From Salpingoeca rosetta (lineage: Eukaryota > Protista > Choanoflagellata): a DNA stretch of 64,000 nucleotides. Below, in pieces: positions 1 to 14,775 of this stretch; the first letter of the stretch is position 1, and each line of letters starts with the position of its first letter. The notes beneath the pieces are model-generated. The model made no database searches. It had not been told where the DNA came from and worked only from the letters and a program-made list of their open reading frames with translations. The position numbers were made by a program, and so were the translations under genes. The DNA lies in contig JAWQFM010000003.1 in NCBI GenBank assembly GCA_033442325.1, positions 2,025,479 to 2,089,478 of the forward strand, in the 5' to 3' direction.

Positions 1-47
1 GAGAGAGAGACAGAGAGAGACAGAGAGAGACAGAGAGAGAGAGAGAA
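1..47. repeat. (GA)n/(GACAGAGAGA)n microsatellite
   Basis: Direct: GAGAGAGAGACAGAGAGAGACA... at the window start. Confidence 0.9.
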
Positions 48-213
48 CATCGATTGAACCTTATCAGGGTGTCTGAAGAAGAGTGATGGTGCAGTGACAA
101 GACCCGACAGCGTAACGCACGCTGGTCTCCACAAGACACATAACAACACCGGTACACCGCAGCGAGCACTGTCTGCACAAAGAGCGCGCCAACATCAACC
201 ACACTGCATCGCA

Positions 214-490
214 TCATTTGTGCTGGGGCTTGCCGCCACCCACAGCCTCGTCGTAGCCAGGTGGCGCCTCAGCAGGGTACCCTTGCTGTTGCTGCTGTGG
301 CGGTGCATATGGCTGTTGCTGCGGCTGTGCATATGGCTGCTGCGGCTGTGCATATGGCTGTTGCTGCTGTTGTGGCTGTGGTGGGTATCCATGGTGTGGC
401 TGTGGTGGGTACGGTTGTTGCTGTGGTGGATATCCTTGCTGCTGTTGATGTGGCGGCTGTGGATAGGGCTGCTGCTGTGGCGGGTATGCT

Positions 491-522
<32 letters not shown>

Positions 523-1748
523 CTGTGGCGGGTATGCTTGCTGCTGGAGGTATGGGTTTGGCGGCGTCTCTGAGTACATGGGCGGGAGGTTGGCGCGTGC
601 GCGGCCGAGCGCTGCCAGATCAGCAGGCGTGTGGATGACTGCAACATGAGACGCAAGCAGGGAAGAGGAAGGAGGAGGAGGGTTTGAACAGCACGGTGAG
701 GAGATGAAACAAATCAACTTGGCCGACGAAGGAGGTGTGAGTTCATAGATAGTGATGGTGGTGGTTGCGTGGCGTAAGGCTAACGCGATATGATGGCGAT
801 GCGATGGCTAGGCGGCGGTGGTGAACCAACCAATGGCGTACAAGCATTTGGACTGGTGCGCACGGAAGAACAAGACAAGACAAAACCACAAACAAACCAC
901 ACACACACACTCACATTCACTCACACTCACACATAAACACATTCACACAATCACACACTCACACATACACACACTCACACATACACACACTCACACACAC
1001 ACACACAAATATGCACAACTGACTCTTCTTCTCGACGACACCGGCGCCACAGCTGATGCGGGTGTCGGCTGTGCAGTGCAGAATCTTGACCCTGCCCATA
1101 CCAACGTCAACGCGCTCAAACACAATTGCTTCCTCGCACTGCAAAAAAGAATTGCAGGTGGCAGTGGGGCTGGGTGAGAAAAATACAGCTGAACACACGT
1201 CACCACAATCCAAAACACCAAGCTTTACGAGGTTGGCGCATGCATACCCACCATCGACTGTTCACCTCCTCAGCGACACATTGAAACACCCCCCCCCCAA
1301 CAGCAACATGGCATAGCCACAACATCGCCCCCACATGTGCGTGATTGACCATGAGCAGTGTGTGTGTGTCTGTCTGTCTGTCTGTCTGTATGTATGTACT
1401 TTTGCTTGTTTGTTTGTTGTTTGTTTGTTTGTGTTTGTGTGTGTCGTACCGATCCCATGCCGACGCTCAAGCGCTTGCAGATTGCCAACTTGCAGCTGCC
1501 CATCCCTGTGAATTGTAACAGATGAATCATGAAGACACCCCGTGTTTGCATGTAATGAGCGTCAGCATCCAGCACTCGGCGTGTGCGCGCAGACATGTAC
1601 GCACGTGCGTAGACTGGAACATCCTCGCATCGTACCAATGTCGACCTTCCTGGCGATGGCCGAGTGCACGGACGACATGCTCACACTCTGAGACTTGCTG
1701 TCCATGTCAAGGCGTGTGTTTGTATGTGTGTGTGTGTGTATGTGTGTG

Positions 1749-1805
<57 letters not shown>

Positions 1806-2228
1806 GTGTGTGTGTGTGTTTGTATGTATGTGTGTGTGTTTGTATGTGTGTGTGTGTTTGTTTGTATGTGTGTGTTTGTATGTTTGCGGTGGTTGGGTGT
1901 GAATGAGTGCTCGTACTTCTGAATACTGGGTCCCGAGACAATGAGTGCTAGCATCATGTGAACAAACGGGTGAACAAACACAAGCGCGCATTCACACGCA
2001 CGCACGTACGCAAACATACACACACGAGCGCAAGTGCGCAAGTCGTGTGAACAGAGCACAAACGAACACCAAAAGGTGAACAAAAGAAACCGATGCAAGT
2101 GTAATGTAACCCCCGCCCCCGCCCCCGCACACACACACACACCTCAGCGCGTTCCAGTTGAAGTCTACTCGAGTGCCCACGTCGCCCGGCGGCGGGCCCG
2201 CCATCGTCGTCGATTGCACCGCGCCCAT
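214..2228 (-). CDS. Hypothetical protein (6 exons): N-myristoylation motif, ~15-aa VGMG repeats, Q/P/Y-rich tail with PPxY motifs
   Basis: Phase-consistent GT-AG exons at ~2228-2143, ~1948-1918, ~1687-1636, ~1506-1451, ~1138-1024 and ~639-214. They give MGAVQSTTMAGPPPGDVGTRVDFNWNALSTHCLGTQYSE-SVSMSSVHSAIARKVDIGMG-SCKLAICKRLSVGMGS-CEEAIVFERVDVGMG-RVKILHC...LPPMY...(YPPQQQ)n...APPGYDEAVGGGKPQHK*. Confidence 0.65.
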
Positions 2229-2485
2229 GATGCCACAAGTGGTTGCCTGCAGCGATGATGATGATGACAAGCAGAGTCGTCGTTGTTGGTTCGTGCTTCG
2301 CTCCTTGCTTGGCTGAAGTTTGGAACTTTGGTGGAAATCTTCAAACCATTTTCCAGCCGCTATTTTCGTTTCCGCCAACAACGCAAACCAACACCACCAA
2401 CACAACCCGAAGCACCTCGTCATCTCTCCTCTCCTCTCCCTCGACTTCCCTCCTCTCCTCTGTGGAAACTGCAGCAAGACCCAGT

Positions 2486-3841
<1,356 letters not shown>

Positions 3842-4230
3842 CCATTGCACATCAGCACAGACCATCACCCACCACCATTAATACCATTCACCCCTCTGCT
3901 GGTCCCATTCGCCATCTCACCTGTACCACCACCATCATACTTGCACCATCACTCCCCAATTTGGGAAGATGCTGGTATCTCGCGTCATGGCACTTCAAGT
4001 TCTTCATTGGCGCCTATGTACACACGCGCACGTTGTAAAAGAGACAGAAAGCAACGACAACCAAGCAAGGTGCAAAGGAATCATAACAATAACAAATGCG
4101 TCTAAGATGCCCCCCCCCCAAAAAAAAAAACAAGCACAGAGACAGAGAGATGAAGCCAGAGGAGTGCACAGTTACATTGCATATTCACGCACGCACGCAC
4201 ACACGCACACACACACGCACACGTGTGGTG

Positions 4231-4318
4231 TCAGAGGTGGGTCGAAGCAAGAATCTGCAGTGCCAGCAATAGTACGTGACGGTGGATGAGTTTGAGGTGC
4301 TGTGAGGGTACGACTGAG

Positions 4319-4409
<91 letters not shown>

Positions 4410-4593
4410 AGAGTGCAAGCGTGAGGACAGGTGGGGCGATGGGTGGTAACTTACGTTGTCTTCGCGGTCTGTGAGGGGAAGAGAGGGCGGTACCCAGGGG
4501 TCAAACGAGAACTTGGGCGTCTCTGTCACCAGCTGAATCAGAGACAACAAGGAGCAGGGGAACAAGTGAGGTTGCGGACCGTCAACAGTCGAG

Positions 4594-4646
<53 letters not shown>

Positions 4647-4663
4647 CCGAACGCATACACAGA

Positions 4664-4695
<32 letters not shown>

Positions 4696-6943
4696 CCCTT
4701 CATCTCACACAAACACAACCACCACCACCCGAGCAGCCAAACAAAGGCCTGACCAGTGTGAGGGCGGTGCTGGCGTCATGCCTCCATGCCTGGGCGACCA
4801 TGGCCACGGCCTCCTCGTGTCGAAGCCCGCGCGTGCTGTGATTCTCCACACGCAGCAGCAGCATCCCCGCACGCACACCGGCCGCACGCGCACACCTGGG
4901 AAACGGGCAGAGGGGAATGACGGGAGGCATGAAGCGACACGATTCACGTACACGTGAGCACATGTACGTGCACACACACACACACACACACAAGTTTCCA
5001 CGCACATCCGCATGCAGGCACACACATTGACACGCACACAGATACACACACGCACACGCCATCGCCAGCAAGACTCACCCGTCAGCCCTGACGTCCCTGA
5101 TAACAATTCCGCCAAACTGTAACGCCTTCTGCGCGGATGCACCACGCGCGTGTGCGTCCACATGTGTGATTGGCTCGCCGCCCTGCACAACAAGCCCAAG
5201 ACGACGGCTGCTGTCGCTCTTGCTGATGTCGATGCGCAGAGTCCCCGTGTCTCCGTAGTCCGGCCACGCTGATGGGAGGAAGGGGGAAGGGGTTATGGTG
5301 TGTGAGTTGAGGTGATGGGTTGGGGTATTGAGTTGGGCATGAGGTGTTGTGCAGTGAGGGAAGAAGCGATGACGCTCATGGTGATGGTGCCGTGGTTCAC
5401 GTTCCGTGAGAGGAAGCCGCACGCGAACACATGCCAACACATGCTAATACATGCTAATACGTGATAGAACATGCTCAGGGCCATCAGTCAACGCCATGCA
5501 GCACACTCAGCACCGCCACCATCGCCACGACCACGGTCAACACCTTGGTCGCCGCGCTGCGCCTTCTTCTGCTCCTCCTCCTCCTTTGCATGCTGTGCAA
5601 TCAGGTGCTGCTTTGCCTGCAGCTCTTGTGTCGACACCAACGCGTTGAACACGGAAACATCAAACGGCTGGTATAACAGGGGCGGTGGCGGGGAGGAGTG
5701 AGTGATGGGGGAGAGTGTGGACCGCAGAGGAAAGACAATGGTATGAGTTCAAGGTATGAAGCAGAGGGAGAAGGATGGGAGTGCAAGTTGCCGCACAGCA
5801 GCCATCGCCCCCACAATCGGCAACCATTGTGTCACTTCACCATCGCCACCTAAAACACCATCAGCATCCCCACCACCACCACCACCACCACCACCACCAC
5901 CACCACGGACCGCGACGGAAGCGAGCATGTGCAGACCTTGAGGAGCGGGCGAATGGTGGCGAGGACGCGGAAGTGGTGCGGGTCCGAGAGCTGTGCAAGG
6001 AGATATCGCGCCATGTCCTTCAACGGCAGTCGCCCATGCAGATACGAGCGCACCGCATTGGCAACCGGCTGCCCAACGTCTGCAAATGTGTGTGTGTGTT
6101 GGGGGGAGGGGGTTGTGTGGGTTGTTGGAGGGGTGTTGGGAGCGGTGTTTGGGTGTTTGCTGAGACACGCACACGCACACGCACGCACTAGCACTAGCAC
6201 TAGCACACGCACACGCACACACAGTGTGAGTGCGTGCACACCTGCTCCGAGCACGTCGACAACAGCGGCTTCCATTGCCATCTTGGATGCGGCCCCGACG
6301 ACAGGCGGCTGCGGCCGACCAGCAGCAGCGGTGGTGGTGGTGGTGGTGGTCGTGGTGGTAGTGGTGGTCGTGGTGAGGAGGAGCAGGAGGAGGAGGAGAA
6401 TGAGGAGAATGAGGAGGAGGAGAATGAGAAGCAGAAGAAACAGGAATGCGCGCGGAAGCTCGTGTTGGACGAGGGGTGTGTGAATGAACGGGCACATCGC
6501 ACCTCTGCGACGCGGTGTTTGTGCTTTGTTGCCTCCTGCTGTTCCCTCTCCACCTCTTCCGCCGGCACAAACTTGACGTCGTCCACACTGCAGAGAAGAG
6601 GCGAAGATGTGTGAGGCTGGTGGTGATGGTGGTGCTGTTCAAGCATGACCGACACTGTCATTCATGCGTCCATTGCCCTTCACGACATCACACTCCATGA
6701 CACAACCACCTAACACGACCCCACGACACTAAAACACCACGGCACGGTACACCCACCGCTACACAATACACCCACCACGCTCTTCCCTCTCCTCTCTCCG
6801 TCACTGACTCGATGCGGTGTGTTGGGACGCGGCCACGATACTTGACGACCATTAACAGATCATCAGATCGCCGAATCAGATCAATGACTTCCTCGTGCCG
6901 AAACGCAGTCACGTCCTCGTCGTTGATGCTCAGGATCTGCAAT

Positions 6944-6976
<33 letters not shown>

Positions 6977-8434
6977 GTGGTGGTGGTGATGGTGATGGTG
7001 GTGGTGGTGGTGAGGGGGGGCGGAGGGACGGGAGTAGAAGGAGCAGCATTGATGAGGTGTGGGCAGGGTTGCGTCACAAATTGAACACCAGCCACCAGCA
7101 CAAACATTAGAACGTGACTGCGACAATGTGTGACCACGTTCATGTGATGCAACGCACCTGGTGCCCCGGCATCAAGCCAGCGCTCTCCGCCTGGCCGTGG
7201 CGATCAACACCTGACACGCACGAGAAGGTGGTGATGATGAGAGGAAGAAGTACGAAGCCTGAAAAGGTGCACGCACACACACGCACACTCACACACACGC
7301 ACACACACACACTCACACTCACACGCCCACGCACACGCACACTCACTCACTCACACTTACACACACACACACACGCTGTGGCTGGTCTTACTTGAGATGA
7401 AGACGGGCAGGTCAAAGTCGCTTCCGCCACGGATGCTGAATCCCAGCGGTCCTGTGCTTTTCTGCAGCAGAACGCGCCGCTCGCCCTCGTCCGTCGGCAG
7501 CGATGGCGAGGATCGACCACCCATCGGGGCGCCCAGGGACGTCGCGAGCGCCTGACCCTGTTGTGGTGGGAGGCGGACGTGGTCGTGGTCGTGGGTGGCG
7601 TGTGGGTGGAAGATGATGAGACAAACAATGTGTGTCTGTGTCTGTGTCTATATCTGTGAGTCTGTGTGTGTGCGTGTCTGTCTGTCTGTCTGTGTGTGTG
7701 TGTGTGTGTCTGTCTGTCTGTCTGTCTGTCTGTGTCTGTCTGTGTCTGTGTGTATCTAAGGTGGTACATATTGCACAGGACCACGGTCACACCACATTAC
7801 TCAGCCAATCACCATGCAACCAGCATGTCCACAACAGCAACTGCGAGCCGCACCTTTCCGTCCACCCAATTGAATGTTGAGCGCGCCACGTATTTCGCTG
7901 GCACGTGGCCCGTGTACTGCGACCGTTATGACGTGACGTGACAAGCAACGATGATGATGGTCATCAGACATGCAGATGCGTAGCGGTGTTGTTGAAGACG
8001 TACGTCTACATGCATATGCTCGGGTGGCGTCATCACGACGATAGCGTCCCCACGCACACACGCACGTGCACACATACGCACGCACGCACACACACGCACA
8101 CACGCACGCACACCCGCACGCACGCACACACATACGCACACACACACATACACACATACACACACCCAAACACACAAAGGGTCGCCTGTCTCACCCGCAC
8201 GACGAGGCGAAGGATCGTTGTGGTCTTGATAATCTCCACTGCGCGCGCATGGGTAATGCCCTGGAACGAAATGCCGTTTGCAGAGAGGATTTCATCACCA
8301 ATGCGAAGACCCGCGCGACCGGAAGGGGAATCCGCATCCACCGACGACACAAACACGCCCGTACCTGAAAAAAAAAAGGAGTTTGTGTGGCGCGAAAATG
8401 CACATGTGAACGTGAATGGGTGAATGTGGGTGCG

Positions 8435-8506
<72 letters not shown>

Positions 8507-9803
8507 GAAATGTGTTTCAACGTATGCGCATCCGGGGAGTGTATCTGCCAGGTATTCCAAGGCAGTCCTCATGTACGCACGCTTGTTGCACGATACATGA
8601 AACGCAACCGCACAAACGCCGACCACACTGTCCACCCCACCCCCATTTCACTTCCTTACCCATATCGTATCCACCACGGATGTTCATGCCGAAACTCTCG
8701 TGTTGGTGGCGCTGGATGCTGAGCGGGCGGCTCACACCAAGCGACTGCACAGCAACGAAGACAGGTCAAAGTAACATGAGTTTACTGAGTGTACGTGCTG
8801 TGCTGCCTTGAAGGCACGGCGATGGAAGGATGTGCGCAACGGCCTCTCTTCTCTCACAACCCAAACCCAAGTTGCCCCCGCACCCCCCTCTTCCTCTGCA
8901 AAGCAAAGAGTGCATTAACTACCACCTCCACGCAGACACACGTACCTCCAGTTCTTGCTTTGAGATGGGGTGTGCCATGTGCTCGTAAGGTGCCATCTTG
9001 TCAAACGCCGAACGAAGCTGCAAGGTGTTCAACATAGCAGATCAGGGTAAATGTGTGTGAGAACGAAGAAAGAGGCGAGGGAACGGGGTGCGCTGAGGGG
9101 CCACATGTCAAGCGCACGGTATCGCACCGCAAAGTCATCTGGAATCAAGAAGCGCAGCGGCCGGAGCAAGTCGCGCTTCTGTGGTGTGTCGAGAACAATC
9201 TATCAAATTATACACACAGAGGCAATCGTGCAGCGGTGAGGGCGAAGCTGTGCACAATGGGAGAAGAGAACGGAACACGCGAGCAGCCCATGCACTGGTA
9301 AAGAAGCTGCTTGACGAACAAGCTACATGCACAAGCAAGCTAGCAAGCAAGCTAGCAAGCAAGCAGCTGTGCAGTCATGAACCCTACATTGAGCGTGGCC
9401 ACGAGCCTAGGCACGGATTTTGAATGCTTAAACTCTGTCAGCGCATGCTGCAACTGGACCTTCTCATGGTCATTGAGATAGTGCTGGGCCTGTGCACGTG
9501 TGTGTGTGTGTGATGTGTGATGTGTGTGTGGTGTGTGTGATGTGTGTGTGAGGCAATCATGCGCTCGCAAGCAGGACAGTAACATCCAATGCCACTCAGA
9601 GAGAACAAGGAACCCCCACTTCCCTCAACACCGCACAACGCACACCACACACATCACACACCACACACACATCACACATCACACACCACACCACACACAC
9701 ACCACACACCACACACACACACCACACACCACACACCACGCACACGCACCATTTCCTGGAACTCAGCCACATGCTGTGACCGTGTTGGTGGGGACGCTTG
9801 CAT
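4231..9803 (-). CDS. WHRN: Whirlin/harmonin-family multi-PDZ scaffold (HHD-PDZ1-PDZ2-HHD-coiled coil-PDZ3, C-terminal PDZ-binding motif)
   Basis: N-terminal HHD: [57 protein letters not shown]1: [42 protein letters not shown]2: [34 protein letters not shown]. Second HHD: [27 protein letters not shown]3: [28 protein letters not shown]. The last exon reads ILASTHL*. The symbol indicates family similarity only. Confidence 0.82.
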
Positions 9804-9927
9804 CGTTGCAGTGTGCGTGAATGTGATGTGGCAAAGCAAGCAAGCAAGCACAACCAAGAAGAACAACAAGCAGCTGAAGCAGGCGTTGTTGGCGTTGTGC
9901 TGTTTGTATTGTTGGCTGGTGGTGTGT

Positions 9928-9941
9928 GACTGAATTCAGTC
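9928..9941. promoter_or_regulatory. 14-bp palindrome GACTGAATTCAGTC in the bidirectional promoter between the whirlin-like gene and PGM3
   Basis: Perfect palindrome lying roughly midway between divergent ATGs at 9803 and 10054. Related cores occur at 18286 and 53794. Confidence 0.4.
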
Positions 9942-10053
9942 GGTGGGTGTTTGTGGAAGGTTTGTGAATACCGGTGCAAATTTTCTTGGGCGCTGACCAC
10001 TGGATACGACGGAAGAAGAACAAGAGGAAGACTTCAAGCAAGCAAACAAAACC

Positions 10054-10860
10054 ATGGACGCTGCTGCTGTTGTTGAAGCTGCTGGTGCGCACAAGCGCCC
10101 TGAGGATGCCAAGCACGTTGGTTATGGCACTGCCGGGTTCCGCACCAAGGCAGACATCCTGGACCACGTGCTGATGCGCGTTGGCGTCTTGGCGGCGCTT
10201 CGGTCCCGCTGCAAGGGCGGAGGTAAGGCTGACGTGTTCGTTTTGTTGTGTCTGTGTCTGTCTGTGTCTGTGTATCTGTGTGTGTCTGTGTCTGTGTCTG
10301 TGTCTGTGTGTGTGTCTGTCTGTGTCTGTCTGTCTGTCTGTGTCTGTCTGTGTCTGTCTGTCTGTGTGCCTGTGCCTGTGCAATTTAATTGCTTGTGATG
10401 TGCTTCTGCAAGACGCCAAGTCAACGACTTGCACATGGGCACTGACGTGCTGGTACGTTCGCTCCACCCTCTGCTTTCCCGTTCCCCACGCCTTAGCTGC
10501 CATCGGCCTGATGGTCACGGCATCCCACAACCCGGAGCCAGACAACGGCGCCAAGCTGGTGAGTGCACGCTCACTGTCACTCAATGCAAGAATTGGCGCA
10601 TGAAGATCGCGCTTGGCCGCTGCACACGCTGATAAAACATGCAACCCTATTGTTTTATTTTGTGTCACGTATGGGTCTGGTGCAGGTGGATCCCATGGGT
10701 GAGATGCTGGAGGCGAGCTGGGAGGCATACGCGACCCGCCTCGCAAACTGCAAGGACGACGAGCTTGTCGGCGAGATCAACGTGCGGCCTGCGTTTATGT
10801 GTGTGTGTGTGCGTGTGTGTGTGTGGGTGTGGGTGTGTGTGTGGGTGTGGGTGTGGGTGT

Positions 10861-10945
<85 letters not shown>

Positions 10946-11083
10946 TGTGTGGGTGTGTGTGTGTGTGTGTGTTTGTGTGTGGGTGTGGGTGTGGGTGGGT
11001 GTGTGTATCTGTGCGTGTGTGTTTGTGTTTGTGTTTGTGTGTCTGTGCGTGTGTGTGTCTGTCTGTCCATCTGTCTGTCTGTC

Positions 11084-11114
<31 letters not shown>

Positions 11115-11983
11115 CTCTCTCTCTATGTCTCCCTCTATGTCTCCATGGTACACAAGTTTCTTTTGCGACAGCTCACGTGCTTTACGCGCTTCCACAACCA
11201 CCAAAACACGCGCGCGCTTGTGCATGAGCAGACCATCATCTCGGAGTGCGGCATTGACATGCAGACCAAGGCCAAGGTTGTTCTCGGTCGCGACACGCGC
11301 GGCAGCGGCCTCAAGCTCTGCCAGGCCGCCCGTGACGGCTGCACGTAAGACCATGCCCGCATGCGCACATGTGCTTGTCCGTGTGTTGTGTGTGTGTGTG
11401 TGCATTTGTGTCTGTCTGTCTGTCCGTCTGTCTGTCAGTCTGTTGTGTGTCTGTCTGTGTCTGTGTGTACATCTGTGTGTTACCCTGTGTGCTTCTGTGA
11501 GAGCTGAACGCAAGCTGTGTTGGTTGGCTCGTTCCACCTCACGTCACCATTGCTTCTTGCAGCGCACTCGGTGCTGAGGTGGTGGATCTGGGCATCGTCA
11601 CCACGCCACAAGTCCACTACGTCGTGCGGTGAGTGACCCGTGCCTGCAAGCACGCACGCCAATCACAACTCAGCTTCAGTCGCTGCTCATGCGTCAAGTG
11701 CACGCTTGTGTTGTCGCAAGCACATCTACACATCCGCACACCTACGCGCGCATTACATGCGTGTCTACACATCCGCACACACCCAAGCATCACCCACCTC
11801 ACCCTTCACCACCTCCACCACCTCCACATGTCTGCTGCCTGCTGTCTGCTGTTCAGGTGCCTGAACGACGCCACATACGGCACGCCCACGGTTGCCGGGT
11901 ATCAGGAGAAGCTCGCAGCAGCATTCAAGGCAATCTGGACCCTCGCAGGCCGCACCGACCTAATCAGCCTCAAGGTACAGATG

Positions 11984-12015
<32 letters not shown>

Positions 12016-13030
12016 CTATCTGTCTGTCTGTCTGTATGTATGTATGTCTGTGTGTGTGTGTATGTGTCTATCTGTCTGTCTGTCTGTCTGTCTGTCTGTG
12101 TGTGTGTGTATGTCTGTGTGTGTGTGTGTGTCTGTCTGTCTGCCTGCCTGCCTGTGTCTGTGTGTATCTGCGTGTGTATTTGTCCATTTACCCATTGAGC
12201 TTGATTCTTTGGTTGCTGCTCGAGCCATGCCCACTGGTGTGGGTGCTGTGACATGTCCACCTCACACCTGACCTCACCATTCACATGCATGTGTGTGCAT
12301 GCATGCATGCAACAGCTTGACTGCGCCAACGGCGTTGGTGCTGTGCAGATGAAGGAGCTTCTGAAGCACCTCGACTCCATGCTCAAGGTGTGGCAAGGCA
12401 GCGGGGCGCACCACGCTGCCTCCATGCTCAAGGTGTGGCAAGGCAGCGGAGCGCACCACGCCGCATCAACCACCACATGACGCTCGTCACACCACAACAC
12501 GTCAGCACCAACCACAGCCCACACCACACCACACACCACAGCACGTCACAGCACGTCATTTCCATCCCTCATGTCTCCTCGTTCCCACTGCTGCATATGG
12601 CCCCCTTTGTCTGTCAGGTTGAGATGTACAACGACGGCAGCGGGCAGCTCAACCACGAGGTGGGCTTGACGCGTGCATGCATTACTTGCGCTATGGACGT
12701 TGCATGCATCCGTGTGTTTATGTACATGTGTTGTTGTGTGGCCGCGTCGTGAATACATGTGTTCTGGTCATACACACATACACATCGCCTCAGCTCACCC
12801 CTCATCCCCCCACCCCCCCTTTCGTCGCAACGCTGCAGTGCGGTGCGGACTACGTGAAGGTGCAGCAGCATGCACCGGCCAATATGACGGCTGGCGCGGG
12901 CGACCGCTGCGTCACGTTTGATGGCGATGCCGACCGCGTGCTCTATTTCTTCACCAGGGATGGCACATTCTTCATGCTGGTGCGCACGTTCATGGAGGTG
13001 GCATGTGTGTTTTGTGTGTGTGTGTGTGTG

Positions 13031-13098
<68 letters not shown>

Positions 13099-14135
13099 AT
13101 GTGGGCGCTGGTGCAACAGATGTGACTTCCTGTATTGGTGTGTCTGTCCATCTCTCCAAGTGTGCGCCCACTCATGCGTTCCCCGCCTCTTTTCTCTCCA
13201 CCAGGACGGCGACCGCATCTCGTCGCTCGCTGCGCAGTTCATCCAGCAGTGCGCAACCGCCGCCGCCCTCGACCTCAACATCGGCGTCGTCCAGGTCGCA
13301 CACATGCACACACGCGCGCGCGCACATGCACACACACATGCGCATCCACGTACACGTGTACATGCGCGCATAGACAATGTGGCTCAGCTCGAATTCGTAT
13401 GCACACGCACACGCACACATTCACATTCACATTCACATTCACATTCACATTCACATTCACATTCACACGTGTATGTACTCTCCGCTCCACGTTGCAGACT
13501 GCGTATGCGAATGGCAACTCGACCAAGTTCCTGCAGACAAAGGCCGGTGTCCCCGTCGCATGCACAAAGACAGGTGCATGATGCAATGATGTCGTGATGC
13601 CTTCGTGATGGATAGTGTGTGTGTGTGGTGCATAACTCCTTTTCTCATCCACAACTGTGCTGTTATTACTCGACACACCATGGCATCCCATGCTACTGCG
13701 CACCAGGTGTGAAGCACCTGCACCACAAGGCCCTCGACTACGATGTCGGCGTCTACTTCGAGGCAAACGGACACGGAACCGTAAGCTGGCCATGGCAGCT
13801 TGTTTGTTCGTCTGTGTTCTGATGCTCTCTCGCATGCAGATCGTGTGTCTGTGTGTGTCGAAGTATCCATATGCCTGTGCGTGCGTACTTATCCGTATGC
13901 CTCTGTGTGTGCGTGTGCGTGTGTGTTTGCCAGGTTGTGTTCAGCGATGCTGCTCTGAAGAAGATCAACGAGCACGAAAGTGGAAGGTGCGCAGTTGGCC
14001 TTCCACGCGAGTGCAGACAACAGCTGACTGACTTTGCATTTGGCATGCGACCATGCTGCTTGATGAAAGGCGAATACGCAATCACGACCTCGCACTCACT
14101 CTGAAATGCGTGCGCTTGCATGTGCGTTTGTCTGC

Positions 14136-14174
<39 letters not shown>

Positions 14175-14702
14175 TTCGTGTGTGCGGATGCGTGCAGTGA
14201 GGAGGGCAAGCGCGCGATTGCAATGCTCCGTGCAATGACGGAGCTCATCAACCAGGTGCAGTCGCCAACACGGGATCATGCAATGCTGCTGGTGATGGTG
14301 TTTATGTGGTGCTCAACACTCGCACATACAGGCACACATTCACATTGTGCTCGCGCGCATGCGCGTTCACACCCACGCACACATTCTCACGCATACACAT
14401 TCATGTGCATTCGCACATATACGCTGACCGTTGGTCTGTCAATCCACTACTTGCATTCGCTTGAAGACTGTTGGCGATGCCATCTCAGACATGCTGATGG
14501 TGGAGGCCATTCTTCTGCTCCAGAACATGACTGTCGAAGACGTGAGTGCCGTCGTGGTGGAGGGTGTCGTGGCGCTGCTGTGTGCTTGCTCACGTGTGTG
14601 CATGTGTGTATGTGTACGTGTGTGTGTGTGTTATTGCTCGTTCGATGGCAATCGTACCAGACTGCTAATCTTTCACTCACTCAACACAACTGTGATGTGA
14701 TG

Positions 14703-14775
<73 letters not shown>

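Noticed and set aside
94-656. Alternative-frame ORFs (Leu/Trp-rich, Ser/His-rich) over the polyQ exon
   Set aside because: Shadow frames of the CAG-rich last exon; only the YPPQQQ frame splices in phase.
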